Positions 28,001-36,607 of a stretch of 64,000 nt of DNA are shown here, one piece after another. The DNA is from Candidatus Pelearchaeum maunauluense (lineage in GTDB: Archaea; Thermoproteota; Nitrososphaeria_A; Caldarchaeales; Caldarchaeaceae). The stretch's first letter is position 1; every line of letters begins with the position of its first letter. Location: assembly GCA_030059675.1 (NCBI GenBank), contig JANVYQ010000004.1, positions 96,001 through 160,000 on the forward strand. The letters are read 5' to 3'. Under the pieces are notes generated by a model, which made no database searches, was not told where the DNA came from, and worked only from the letters and a program-made list of their open reading frames with translations. A program made the position numbers and the translations under genes.

Positions 28001-29108
28001 TCCCATACTTCTCCTGCCATTTCAACAGCTTCTGCATATTCTCCAGAGCTATTGATGGTCGTCTCTTCTTCAGAACTTCCAGAAAATCATCCATGGTTAT
28101 TGGTCTTGGGTTTCCGTCGCCGCTTCCAGAGGAGAAGAGCTCATTAACCACACGAAGCTGTGCCTCCATGCATACGTCATGTATATCTGCCGCAGAATAG
28201 CCATCAGACATAACAGCGAGCTGATGTAAATCAACGCCAACATCAAGCTTCAAGCCACTCGTATACATGGTGAACAACTGCTTACGCGCCTCCAAGTCTG
28301 GTAAGGGAACGTAGATGCGCTTCTGGAATCTCCTGATGAATGGCTCGTCCAGATACCAGGGCTTATTCGTTGCTGCTATGACGTAGATATACTCCTTCTT
28401 GCCCTTGCTCAGTATTCCATCCATCTCCTTTACGAGCTGGTTTCTTACCCTAGCTTCTCCCCCAACTTCCAGGAACCTCTCCGCCGTGAGCGAGTCAACC
28501 TCGTCTATGAAGATTATCGCTGGCTTTCCCTTGCTGGCCACCTGCCTGGCCTGGCTGAAGAGGCGTGCCACGTTTCTCTCAGACTCTCCGAGCCACTTGG
28601 ACATTATCGTAGCAGCGTCAACGACGAAGTAATGCGCGTCAATCTCCTTTGCTACGGCAGCCGCGAGGAGCGTCTTACCGCATCCAGGGGGGCCGAATAC
28701 CAGAATCCCACGCGGCCAACCAAGCGGAAAGAGGTCTGGCCTCCTAACAGGAAACACTATGCTCTGCCTAATCGCCTTCTTAGCCTCCTCAATATTCACT
28801 ATGTCGTCCCACGATACCTGCGGCTTATGACGTAGTATAGTGTCGTTGAATGTTACTTTCTGCTGCTGTGTTACTGCTAGCTTATGCTGCTCAGCTACCC
28901 CCAGCTTCTCAATACGCGCCTCATACTGGCTTATCTTCTCGACGAAGACCTTACGCAGCGCCTGGTCTTGAGTTAGGTTATAGAGCTTCCACAGCAGGTC
29001 TATCGCTTCGCGGTATCTCTTTACAGCCTTAGCTGTCTGTCCTATCCTGTCATAATAAACAGCCTCACGGGCCTTGTATGCTGCTATCCTCTCCAGCTCG
29101 GCGAACAT
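27993..29108 (-). CDS. cdvC: Vps4 / CdvC AAA+ ATPase
   Basis: N-terminal MIT domain, FPLGWPRGIL, GPPGCGKT, SKWLGESE, IFIDEVD, ATNKPW, RRFQKR. Confidence 0.93.
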   Translation of the reverse strand: MFAELERIAAYKAREAVYYDRIGQTAKAVKRYREAIDLLWKLYNLTQDQALRKVFVEKISQYEARIEKLGVAEQHKLAVTQQQKVTFNDTILRHKPQVSWDDIVNIEEAKKAIRQSIVFPVRRPDLFPLGWPRGILVFGPPGCGKTLLAAAVAKEIDAHYFVVDAATIMSKWLGESERNVARLFSQARQVASKGKPAIIFIDEVDSLTAERFLEVGGEARVRNQLVKEMDGILSKGKKEYIYVIAATNKPWYLDEPFIRRFQKRIYVPLPDLEARKQLFTMYTSGLKLDVGVDLHQLAVMSDGYSAADIHDVCMEAQLRVVNELFSSGSGDGNPRPITMDDFLEVLKKRRPSIALENMQKLLKWQEKYGTS

Positions 29109-29232
29109 CTTTCACCTCCTTCCGCGGCCTATTCTGCTATCAGGGCTACGCCGAGAACGTTATATAGACTAGCCTCGCCCAACCAGATAGCATTATCCAG
29201 GTATTTACTGTATAATCATGATGAATCCAACC

Positions 29233-29730
29233 TCATAATTCTTCTTTCACCGCCGAGAAGGAGACGCATGTTACTGTCTTGCCCACACCCTCTATTGAAC
29301 GGAGCTTATCTATCACCAGGGAACCTATTGATTGCATGGACTCGCCGCGCACTTTCAGCAGTATGTCCCACTCTCCAGATATTAGGTGAACCTCCACAAC
29401 GTCATCCATGGCTGCTATCTCTTCTGCAAGTTTCTTCTGCGATATTCCTGAGCCAGGTACGAAGGAGACTAGGATGAAGGCGGTGGTCGGCTTTCCCATC
29501 TTGGCATAATCGAGTCTTACTGTGAATTTCTTGATTATTGACTGGCTTTTGAGCCGTTTTATACGCTCTTGCACGGTTGTTCGGGGCATCTTGAGCTTTG
29601 ACGCCAGCGTGGTTATGCTCTGGCTAGAATCCTGCAATAGCTCCTGCAAGATTCGTTGGTCCTTCTCATCTAATTTTGCCTGCATGCTCTCGGTGTTTCT
29701 GTTCCTGGAGGTCGTTAAACTTTCTTTCAT
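29233..29730 (-). CDS. Lrp/AsnC transcriptional regulator
   Basis: LDEKDQRIL, TTVQERIKRL, ISGEWDILLK; alternative start at ATG 29685. Confidence 0.92.
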   Translation of the reverse strand: MKESLTTSRNRNTESMQAKLDEKDQRILQELLQDSSQSITTLASKLKMPRTTVQERIKRLKSQSIIKKFTVRLDYAKMGKPTTAFILVSFVPGSGISQKKLAEEIAAMDDVVEVHLISGEWDILLKVRGESMQSIGSLVIDKLRSIEGVGKTVTCVSFSAVKEEL

Positions 29731-29807
29731 TCGTCATTCGTCTATAACGTGGAAGGCAGATAACTAAATACTTTTAAAGAATCCACCCCCACCACAAATG
29801 AGCAACT

Positions 29808-30854
29808 ATGCCGCAGATAAGGGACGCAGCTATTCACGGTTATGGTGGCTATGTGCCGCGTCTCCGCATAAAGGCTACGGAAATTGCACGTATCTGGGGT
29901 AAGGAGAGCGGCGAGGTTCCCATTAAGGAGAAGGCGGTTGCAGCGATTGACGAAGACGCTATAACTATGGCCATAGAGGCATCTCGCTACGCTATACGTA
30001 GGGCGGGGATAGACGCGGCTAGGATTGGCGCCGTGCATGTGGGGACTGAGTCTAAGCCCTATGCCGTGAAGCCCAGTGGGACGATAGTAGCGGAGGCGCT
30101 GGGAATAGGCTCTAACATAACCTCGGCAGACTACGAGTTCGCCTGCAAGGCTGGCACAGAGGCGATGCAGAGCATAATAGCTATGGTCTCTGCTAGGCGT
30201 ATAGAGTATGGCCTCGCCATAGGCTCCGACACGGCTCAGGGGAGGCCTGGGGATGCGCTGGAATACACCGCAGCAAGCGGCGCGGCCGCTCTGGTCATAG
30301 GGAGAGAAACAAGAGACGCCATAGCGAGGTTTGAATACTCGGTAACCTATGTAACTGATACGCCAGACTTCTGGCGTAGAAGCTATGAACGATTCCCCAT
30401 GCATACTTCACGCTTTACGGGAGAGCCAGCATACTTCAAGCATACGATAACCGCGGTTAAGAATCTCCTAGCGGAAAACGGCTACAGCATTAATGATTTT
30501 GATTATTTCATCTTTCACCAGCCTAACGTCAAGTTTCCACTAACCGCTGCCAAGATTCTCTCCATACCATTAGCGAAGGTTGAGCCTGGGATAGTTTCCG
30601 ATGTTGTTGGCAACACCTACGCTGCCTGCTCCATGCTGGGGCTTGTGAAGGTTCTGGACATAGCCAAGCCTGGGCAACGTATATTGATGACCTCATTCGG
30701 CTCAGGCGCGGGGAGCGATTCCTTCGTTATAACTGTCGGGGAGGGAATAGAGGAGAAGAGGGAGAGAGCTCCTCCATTAGCGGCGTTCTTCAGCAGGAAG
30801 AAGACGATAGACTACGGAATGTATCTGAAGATGCGGGATAAGATAAGGGTGTGA
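29808..30854 (+). CDS. Hydroxymethylglutaryl-CoA synthase (archaeal type)
   Basis: ESKPYAVKP, EFACKAG, HQPN, GNTY, SFGSGAGSD. Confidence 0.95.
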   Translation: MPQIRDAAIHGYGGYVPRLRIKATEIARIWGKESGEVPIKEKAVAAIDEDAITMAIEASRYAIRRAGIDAARIGAVHVGTESKPYAVKPSGTIVAEALGIGSNITSADYEFACKAGTEAMQSIIAMVSARRIEYGLAIGSDTAQGRPGDALEYTAASGAAALVIGRETRDAIARFEYSVTYVTDTPDFWRRSYERFPMHTSRFTGEPAYFKHTITAVKNLLAENGYSINDFDYFIFHQPNVKFPLTAAKILSIPLAKVEPGIVSDVVGNTYAACSMLGLVKVLDIAKPGQRILMTSFGSGAGSDSFVITVGEGIEEKRERAPPLAAFFSRKKTIDYGMYLKMRDKIRV

Positions 30855-30857
30855 GAG

Positions 30858-32012
30858 TTGAAGAAGGTTCTCATAGCAGGATATGGCCTTACGAAGGTGG
30901 AGGAGCACTGGGATAGGAGCTTGGAGAACTTGATGGCTGAGAGCAGTCTCAAAGCCCTGGAGTATGCTGGCCTCTCGCGTGTTGATGCTGTTTATGTGGC
31001 TAATGTGTATGGTGAGGTTTTGCAGGAGCAGGCCGTTCTCGGCTCTGTCTTGGCCGAGGAGCTGGGTATGAGCGGTGTGCAGGCTTACAGGATAGAGGCG
31101 GGAGCTGCATCTGGGATAGCTGCTGTGAAGATGGCTGCTAACGCGATACAGTCTGGAGAAGCCAACGTAGTCCTTGTAACTGGTGTTGAGAAGCTCTCAG
31201 ACGGTACGGCAGAGGAGCACTTAGCCCTCACCGCGATGGAGGAGCGCGAAGAATACACGGGCCAGATGGGTGTTCATCAAGCTGCTAGCGCCGCGCTACT
31301 ATACAGGCTCTACCTAAGTCGGTATGGTGCTAGGCAGGATGGTATAGCCCAGTTCGCCGTCATAAGCCATGAGAACGCCGTTGGTGTGTCTCACGCGCAA
31401 TACCCCTTCAAGGTGGGCTTGGATACGGTTATGAAATCACCCTACCTATCGGAGCCTCTTCACAGGCTTGAGGCAACGGCGGTAGCTGACGGCTCGGCAG
31501 CCATAATACTCTGCTCAGAAGACTTCGCAGCAAAGCTTGACCCGCCCAAGGCGAGGTTGGCCGCGTGTAGCCTAGCAACCGACTACGTTACACCATTTGA
31601 CAGGGAAGACCCCCTCCACTTCCAAGCCCTGGCGCGCGCTACTCACAGCGCCCTAGAGATGGCCGGCGTCTCAAGGGAGCAGATAGGCTTTCTGGAGCTT
31701 CACGACTCCTTCTCAATAGTTGCCGCCCTCTCGCTGGAGTCGTCTGGCTTCTTCCCGCGCGGGAAGGCTGGGGAGGCGGCTCTCGCAGGAAAGCTGAGCC
31801 TCAACGGGGAGCTACCCATAAACACCTTCGGCGGCCTCAAGGCGCGCGGCCACCCTGTAGGAGCTACGGCAATCTACCAGCTCGCTGAAGCTTATCTCCA
31901 GCTAACACACCAAGCTGGGAAGAACCAGCTAGACAACGCTAAACACGCCATGGTGCAGTCGCTGGCAGGCTTGGGATGTGCGGCGGCGGTATGCATTCTT
32001 GAGGAGGCGTGA
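30858..32012 (+). CDS. Thiolase-family protein of the HMGS-thiolase-DUF35 cluster
   Basis: GVEK, ELHDSF, GGLKARGHPVGAT; the nucleophile position reads EAGAASG. Confidence 0.88.
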   Translation: MKKVLIAGYGLTKVEEHWDRSLENLMAESSLKALEYAGLSRVDAVYVANVYGEVLQEQAVLGSVLAEELGMSGVQAYRIEAGAASGIAAVKMAANAIQSGEANVVLVTGVEKLSDGTAEEHLALTAMEEREEYTGQMGVHQAASAALLYRLYLSRYGARQDGIAQFAVISHENAVGVSHAQYPFKVGLDTVMKSPYLSEPLHRLEATAVADGSAAIILCSEDFAAKLDPPKARLAACSLATDYVTPFDREDPLHFQALARATHSALEMAGVSREQIGFLELHDSFSIVAALSLESSGFFPRGKAGEAALAGKLSLNGELPINTFGGLKARGHPVGATAIYQLAEAYLQLTHQAGKNQLDNAKHAMVQSLAGLGCAAAVCILEEA

Positions 32013-32016
32013 TACC

Positions 32017-32433
32017 ATGTTGGAGTTTGGAATCAGGATACCTAGGTATTGGCGCGGCAAGCCTTTTAGATATCGACTTGAAGGATTTAGATGCGAGGAA
32101 TGCGGCGAGTTCCACTTCTCCCCAAGGCTCGTGTGTAGAAAATGCGGTGGAAAGCGACTGCGCCGCGACAAGCTCTCCGAACGCGGGAGGCTCATATGCT
32201 ATACCGTCGTAAAGTCGGCTTCACCAAGCTTTGAGGCATACACGCCCTACATAGTGGGGCTAATCCAGACGGAAGACGGAACCATGATAGTGGGACAGCT
32301 TACAGACTGCGACCCCGAAGAACTACATGAAGGGATGGATGTTGAGGCTACGATAAGAAGGCTGCAAACCGATGGCGAGAGCAGGCTAATCGCTTATGGT
32401 TATAAGTTTAGACCCGCTATACAGCGCCCTTAA
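32017..32433 (+). CDS. DUF35 Zn-ribbon/OB-fold scaffold protein
   Basis: PRYWR, CEECG...CRKCG, YGYKFRP. Confidence 0.9.
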   Translation: MLEFGIRIPRYWRGKPFRYRLEGFRCEECGEFHFSPRLVCRKCGGKRLRRDKLSERGRLICYTVVKSASPSFEAYTPYIVGLIQTEDGTMIVGQLTDCDPEELHEGMDVEATIRRLQTDGESRLIAYGYKFRPAIQRP

Positions 32434-33253
32434 TCTTTTTCCACAGGAGTATTATGGCGTATTCGCGTGGTATGTTGTCGCGCTCCATTAGGCGCTGCAC
32501 ATCCGCGGTTAGCATGGCCTCTGCTCGCGTGCCGTGAGAGAGCACGTACCTCTTCTTCACCTCCTCCAAAATCCTGTCAGCCAACTCCCTAGAAGTGGTT
32601 ACGTCGTTAATCGTACGCGGCAGCTCTGATATCTCGTGAATCTTCTCCTCAAGCTCCTTAATCCTATTCCTAAGCATGCTAAGCTCCTGCCGAAGCTGGG
32701 GAATCCTAGCCTCCAACTCTTCTTTCAGACCAACATCGCCTTTACTAGAAGCAGTCTCATCTAGTTGGAGTGTGTTAAGTTCTAGGCTTGCCCAGTAGAG
32801 GTCTACCTCAACCTTGCTGAAGCGCTCTTCTAGCTGTGCCTTAGCCTGCTCTAGGATTTCTAGGGTTCTCCGCGAGTCATTAACTATCTTGGAGCGTAGC
32901 TCGTTTAGCCTGGTTAGTATCTCTCTAATGGCGCGTGGGGGGACGGTCTCACGTATGCATAGTTCCTGGAACTTGAAGTCCCGTTTCCTTACATTCTCTA
33001 TGTCTGACTTGAGCTTTTCATAGTGATTGATTGCGCTCTCCACCAAAGCCTCTTCTGGCTCTTCCTCCGACGCTACCTCAAGCTGCGGCTCAGCCTCTTG
33101 CTGCTGTTCTTCGCGAGTCTCTACAGCCTCGCTCACAGGCTCTATGACTGGCATATCCTCGCCAGTAGGGGGCTGGCTCTCCTGCTTCTTAGCCCCCTCT
33201 CCAGAGACTCTAACGATAATCTTACGCGGCATCCGCTCCTCACCGTTTGACAA
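32417..33253 (-). CDS. Coiled-coil protein with acidic N-terminus
   Basis: E/Q/P-rich N-terminal region followed by long heptad repeats. Confidence 0.7.
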   Translation of the reverse strand: MSNGEERMPRKIIVRVSGEGAKKQESQPPTGEDMPVIEPVSEAVETREEQQQEAEPQLEVASEEEPEEALVESAINHYEKLKSDIENVRKRDFKFQELCIRETVPPRAIREILTRLNELRSKIVNDSRRTLEILEQAKAQLEERFSKVEVDLYWASLELNTLQLDETASSKGDVGLKEELEARIPQLRQELSMLRNRIKELEEKIHEISELPRTINDVTTSRELADRILEEVKKRYVLSHGTRAEAMLTADVQRLMERDNIPREYAIILLWKKIKGAV

Positions 33254-33257
33254 GCTA

Positions 33258-33971
33258 TTACTCCTCCCGCATCTTCGGATACTTCAGCAGCTTTTTAGCT
33301 CTTTCAAAGAGGCTTGTACCAGATATACGGGGAGCTGATTCCAAGACATTCACGGTATTACCTTCATCACCAACCTCCTCAGGTCTAGCTGGCCTCTGGA
33401 GACCGAGCTTGGAGAGTATGCGCTTCTTCTCAGGGCTTGAATCCACATCAACCATGTGTCGTATGTTAAGCGTGTTGAGGCCATATATTGTGCTCTCCAG
33501 AAGCTTACCGCGCTGAATCCCTATAGAAACCCTAACCGAAACCACCCTACCATCCTTGTTAATCCTGAACACCTTAAACTTGAGGCTTGATATTTTATGC
33601 GTCTTCCCATACTCCACAGGGTCTATAACCAGAGCAACAGCCTTGGGGAACATTAGCTGGTATCTCTTCTGCGTATCTATGTCTGTTGTTGAGAGAAACA
33701 CGTCAAAGCCTGGGTGTGAGTGGTACCAGCCGACTATGTAAAGCCCTGAGTTTGTCTGGTGGAGCCACTCCGCCACCTCAGCCATAACCGCCTCATCTAG
33801 ATGGACGAAGACTGGAGTACCATGCTGCTCCCCTGTTACCGCGTCCCATATCTCAAGGACCTGGCTCTGCGCTCTCCCGACGAGGAGGCCTGCGACCTCC
33901 CTGTTAAGATTCGTGAGTGAGTGCTTAACTATCTTACCCAGAGCCAGCGGATATATGCGAGCTATCATCAC
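33258..33971 (-). CDS. JAMM/MPN+ metalloprotease (Rpn11-like)
   Basis: EVAGLLVG and GWYHSHPGFDVFLSTTD. Confidence 0.9.
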   Translation of the reverse strand: MMIARIYPLALGKIVKHSLTNLNREVAGLLVGRAQSQVLEIWDAVTGEQHGTPVFVHLDEAVMAEVAEWLHQTNSGLYIVGWYHSHPGFDVFLSTTDIDTQKRYQLMFPKAVALVIDPVEYGKTHKISSLKFKVFRINKDGRVVSVRVSIGIQRGKLLESTIYGLNTLNIRHMVDVDSSPEKKRILSKLGLQRPARPEEVGDEGNTVNVLESAPRISGTSLFERAKKLLKYPKMREE

Positions 33972-34079
33972 CCCTAGCCTAACCCCTTGCCGCAGCGCTA
34001 TGTATTAAAAGTTATGCTCATGTTATAAGCTCCTGAGATGACTAGAGCGTTCAGCCTGGTGATAATCCAGCAGTATCGC

Positions 34080-35003
34080 TCAGCCCATACCGCGTGTCTT
34101 AGCCTCATCAAGTATTCGCACAGCATCTACCGGGACGGATATGGGTAGCGGGAAAGCTGCTTCACTAAGCTCAAGCGTAATCTCGCGTTTAGGCTTATCT
34201 ATACGTATAACCTTACCGACCATACCCCTCAACGGCCCAGAGACAATCTCAACAACCTGGCCAGTGGTTATGATGTCTATCAGCGGCTTCTCAACCAAGT
34301 GCGCGGCTATCTCGTCAAACGTGACCGTTATGAGCGGCCTATTCTTAATATGCCTAATGCCCTGCGAGACGGCTGCGACAGCCTCCTTATTCTTGGCCTC
34401 TATTAAGACATAGCCCCGAACAGTGGGTAGAATCAATATTGATGCAACATCTATCTTCTCCCTAATCCTAAACAGGAAGTCAAAGCTCTGCTCAATCCAT
34501 CCATCATCTTTCCCACCTGTGAACGCCTTTCCTTCGGCGTATGTTTTGCTGGCGGTCTTATACCACAGATAGCTTCCAGACGCGCAGTCGGGGGCTGAGA
34601 GAACCAGGGCATAGGAGACGCCTCTCCTAACATCTATCATCGGCTCTATATTGACCTCATACCAGCCAGGCTCGGAAAGGAGGAGCGGGTCATACTTAAC
34701 GCCCGATATCTTGTTTTCTAGGCTCACCCCATACTCTCCCACTCGGTAGAAATCCGCGTGGAGAGGTGCTGTAAGCTCACCCTCACGCCCTAGATACAGG
34801 TAGAGCTTGGATATCGTCGTAGTCTTGGGTGCTGTGAATGTCTGGTAAGCCCTGCTCTCCGCGTTGATGCGCCAGGCCTCAAAAGGCTCGCCAGTCGTCT
34901 CAACGAGCACCTCAGTCAAACGCGCCTCAATAATACGCGCTACATTACGCTCCTGCCCAACCGTCGTCTTAACCGCGAAGTACCTATACCCAGCAGAAGA
35001 CAT
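34080..35003 (-). CDS. spt5: Transcription elongation factor Spt5 with a large internal insertion
   Basis: FAVKTTVGQE...RGYVLIEA NGN domain and KOW (VEIVSGPLRG); downstream of secE. Confidence 0.92.
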   Translation of the reverse strand: MSSAGYRYFAVKTTVGQERNVARIIEARLTEVLVETTGEPFEAWRINAESRAYQTFTAPKTTTISKLYLYLGREGELTAPLHADFYRVGEYGVSLENKISGVKYDPLLLSEPGWYEVNIEPMIDVRRGVSYALVLSAPDCASGSYLWYKTASKTYAEGKAFTGGKDDGWIEQSFDFLFRIREKIDVASILILPTVRGYVLIEAKNKEAVAAVSQGIRHIKNRPLITVTFDEIAAHLVEKPLIDIITTGQVVEIVSGPLRGMVGKVIRIDKPKREITLELSEAAFPLPISVPVDAVRILDEAKTRGMG

Positions 35004-35066
35004 CCAATAATCAGCCTACCCCAATCGTTTATTAATTATTATCCCCTGCTACGCCGCAGGCTCTAT

Positions 35067-35237
35067 TTAAACGCCTCCCAGTGCTATCGCCAGAAACCTA
35101 ATGATGAATGCTATAAGCCCTACGATGGCTACTCCCAGTAGCGTGATGCGCATCGAGATGGAGAACTCTTCCCATGTCGGCTTCTTAGCCAGCTTCAGCA
35201 GCGTGGCTGCGGACTTCAGGAAGCTCTTCAGCCCCAA
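35067..35237 (-). CDS. secE: Protein translocase SecE/Sec61-gamma, 56 aa, not in ORF track
   Basis: MGLKSFLKSAATLLKLAKKPTWEEFSISMRITLLGVAIVGLIAFIIRFLAIALGGV; secE-spt5 gene order. Confidence 0.9.
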   Translation of the reverse strand: MGLKSFLKSAATLLKLAKKPTWEEFSISMRITLLGVAIVGLIAFIIRFLAIALGGV

Positions 35238-35353
35238 GGGTCTCCAGCCTAGTGGGCTGGCTGGTCGTATATATGGTCATCCTAGGATCGTGCCAGCTAG
35301 CGCGGCCCTACTGTAAGGCTGCCTTACTGAAGAGACGCGGAGCGCGACCGCTA

Positions 35354-36307
35354 TTACCTAAGCCTGCCCATGAGGAAGAGTAGGAGCGCCGCCTCGGTGT
35401 GCATACGGTTCTCAGCCTGGTCGTAGATTATTGAGCTAGGCCCATAAGCCACATTAGCCGTTACCTCCTCGCCTAAATGCATGGGCATGCAGTGCATGAA
35501 CTTTGCATCTGGCTTAGCGTGCTTCATGAGCTCTGCGTTAACCTGGTATTTGGGTAGAAATTCTCTGAGCTTCTTCTCCCTCTCCTCTTCCTGGCCCATA
35601 GATACGAAGACATCGGTATATACGAAGTCTGCCTCTGCCACAGCCTCGGCTGGGTCGTCGGTTAATGTTATCTCCGCGCCGCTCTCCTCGGCCCATTTTA
35701 GAGCTTTGGATACCGTCTCGCTGTCTGGCTTGTAGCTTGGTGGTGTGGCGACTGAAAGCCTCAGGCCCAGCAACCCGCATATCTGAATTAGTGAGTTGCA
35801 CACGTTATTCCCATCACCCACAAACGCTATCTTGCTCCTGCTTGGTTTTTTGCTATACTGCATTACCGTCATGATGTCGGCAAGCGCCTGGCATGGATGG
35901 TGCTTGTCGCTGAGAGCGTTAATTACGGGTACTGCGCTGTGGGCGGCCAGCTCTTCTACCATGCTGTGCTGGAAAACCCGCGCAACAACAGCATCAACAT
36001 ATCTCGCCAATACCCGCGAGGTGTCTGAGACTGGCTCACCTCTACCCAGCTGGAGCTCTGACCAGCCCAGATACATAGAATCGCCGCCAAGCCGTGCTAT
36101 AGCTGACTGGAATGAGACCCTTGTCCTTGTTGATGGTTTTTGGAATATGAGTGCCACAACCTTGTTGCGTAGCGGCTTGCTGGCGGGGTAGCCGCGTTTC
36201 CTGAACAGCAACGCGGCCTTCAGTATCTTGTTTATTTCGCGCGCTGTGTAGCCATCATAATCTAGGAAATGCTTGACTCTCTGCATGTCGCGGCGCGCTT
36301 CCCCCAT
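35354..36307 (-). CDS. argF: Ornithine carbamoyltransferase
   Basis: STRTRVSF, HPCQ, GDGNNV, SMG, HCMP, QAENR. Confidence 0.95.
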   Translation of the reverse strand: MGEARRDMQRVKHFLDYDGYTAREINKILKAALLFRKRGYPASKPLRNKVVALIFQKPSTRTRVSFQSAIARLGGDSMYLGWSELQLGRGEPVSDTSRVLARYVDAVVARVFQHSMVEELAAHSAVPVINALSDKHHPCQALADIMTVMQYSKKPSRSKIAFVGDGNNVCNSLIQICGLLGLRLSVATPPSYKPDSETVSKALKWAEESGAEITLTDDPAEAVAEADFVYTDVFVSMGQEEEREKKLREFLPKYQVNAELMKHAKPDAKFMHCMPMHLGEEVTANVAYGPSSIIYDQAENRMHTEAALLLFLMGRLR

Positions 36308-36530
36308 GTTGTATTAATTATTAACATTATCTTAAAACGGTTAATACTAAAAAACTATAATGAAACAACCAATATTTGATAAAAATAATTAAAGAGAAAT
36401 CAGGTATGAGCCGAATGTTCCTTAAATATGCCTACCAAAAACCCAGCCATAACCACGTATGCATAAATCTCATGCTCCCAACTCGCTGGCGCGTATGCGA
36501 ATTCTTTAAATAGTCTAGTTATGTGAGCAT

Positions 36531-36607
36531 GGCCTTCGTATTACTGGACCCCGCTACGCGAATAATCCAATAAAATAGGTGAGCATAGCGGTTCTCCAGT
36601 AAGGTCT
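36531..36607 (+). promoter_or_regulatory. Structured 5' leader hairpin downstream of a TTTAAATA box
   Basis: TTACTGGA/TCCAGTAA and CCGCTA/TAGCGG arms; the stem closes 5 nt before ATG 36608. Confidence 0.45.

Noticed and set aside
34450-34915. Spt5 insert as an intein or intron
   Set aside because: No Cys/Ser...His-Asn intein termini, no LAGLIDADG motif, and no evident pairing between the insert boundaries.
35238-35353. Possible sRNA between argF and secE (GTAAGG/CCTTAC hairpin, TGAAGA)
   Set aside because: No convincing complete set of C and D boxes; may be only a terminator or promoter region.
36310-36400. AT-rich tract as a replication origin
   Set aside because: No ORB-like G-string repeats and no adjacent cdc6/orc1; best explained as divergent promoters.
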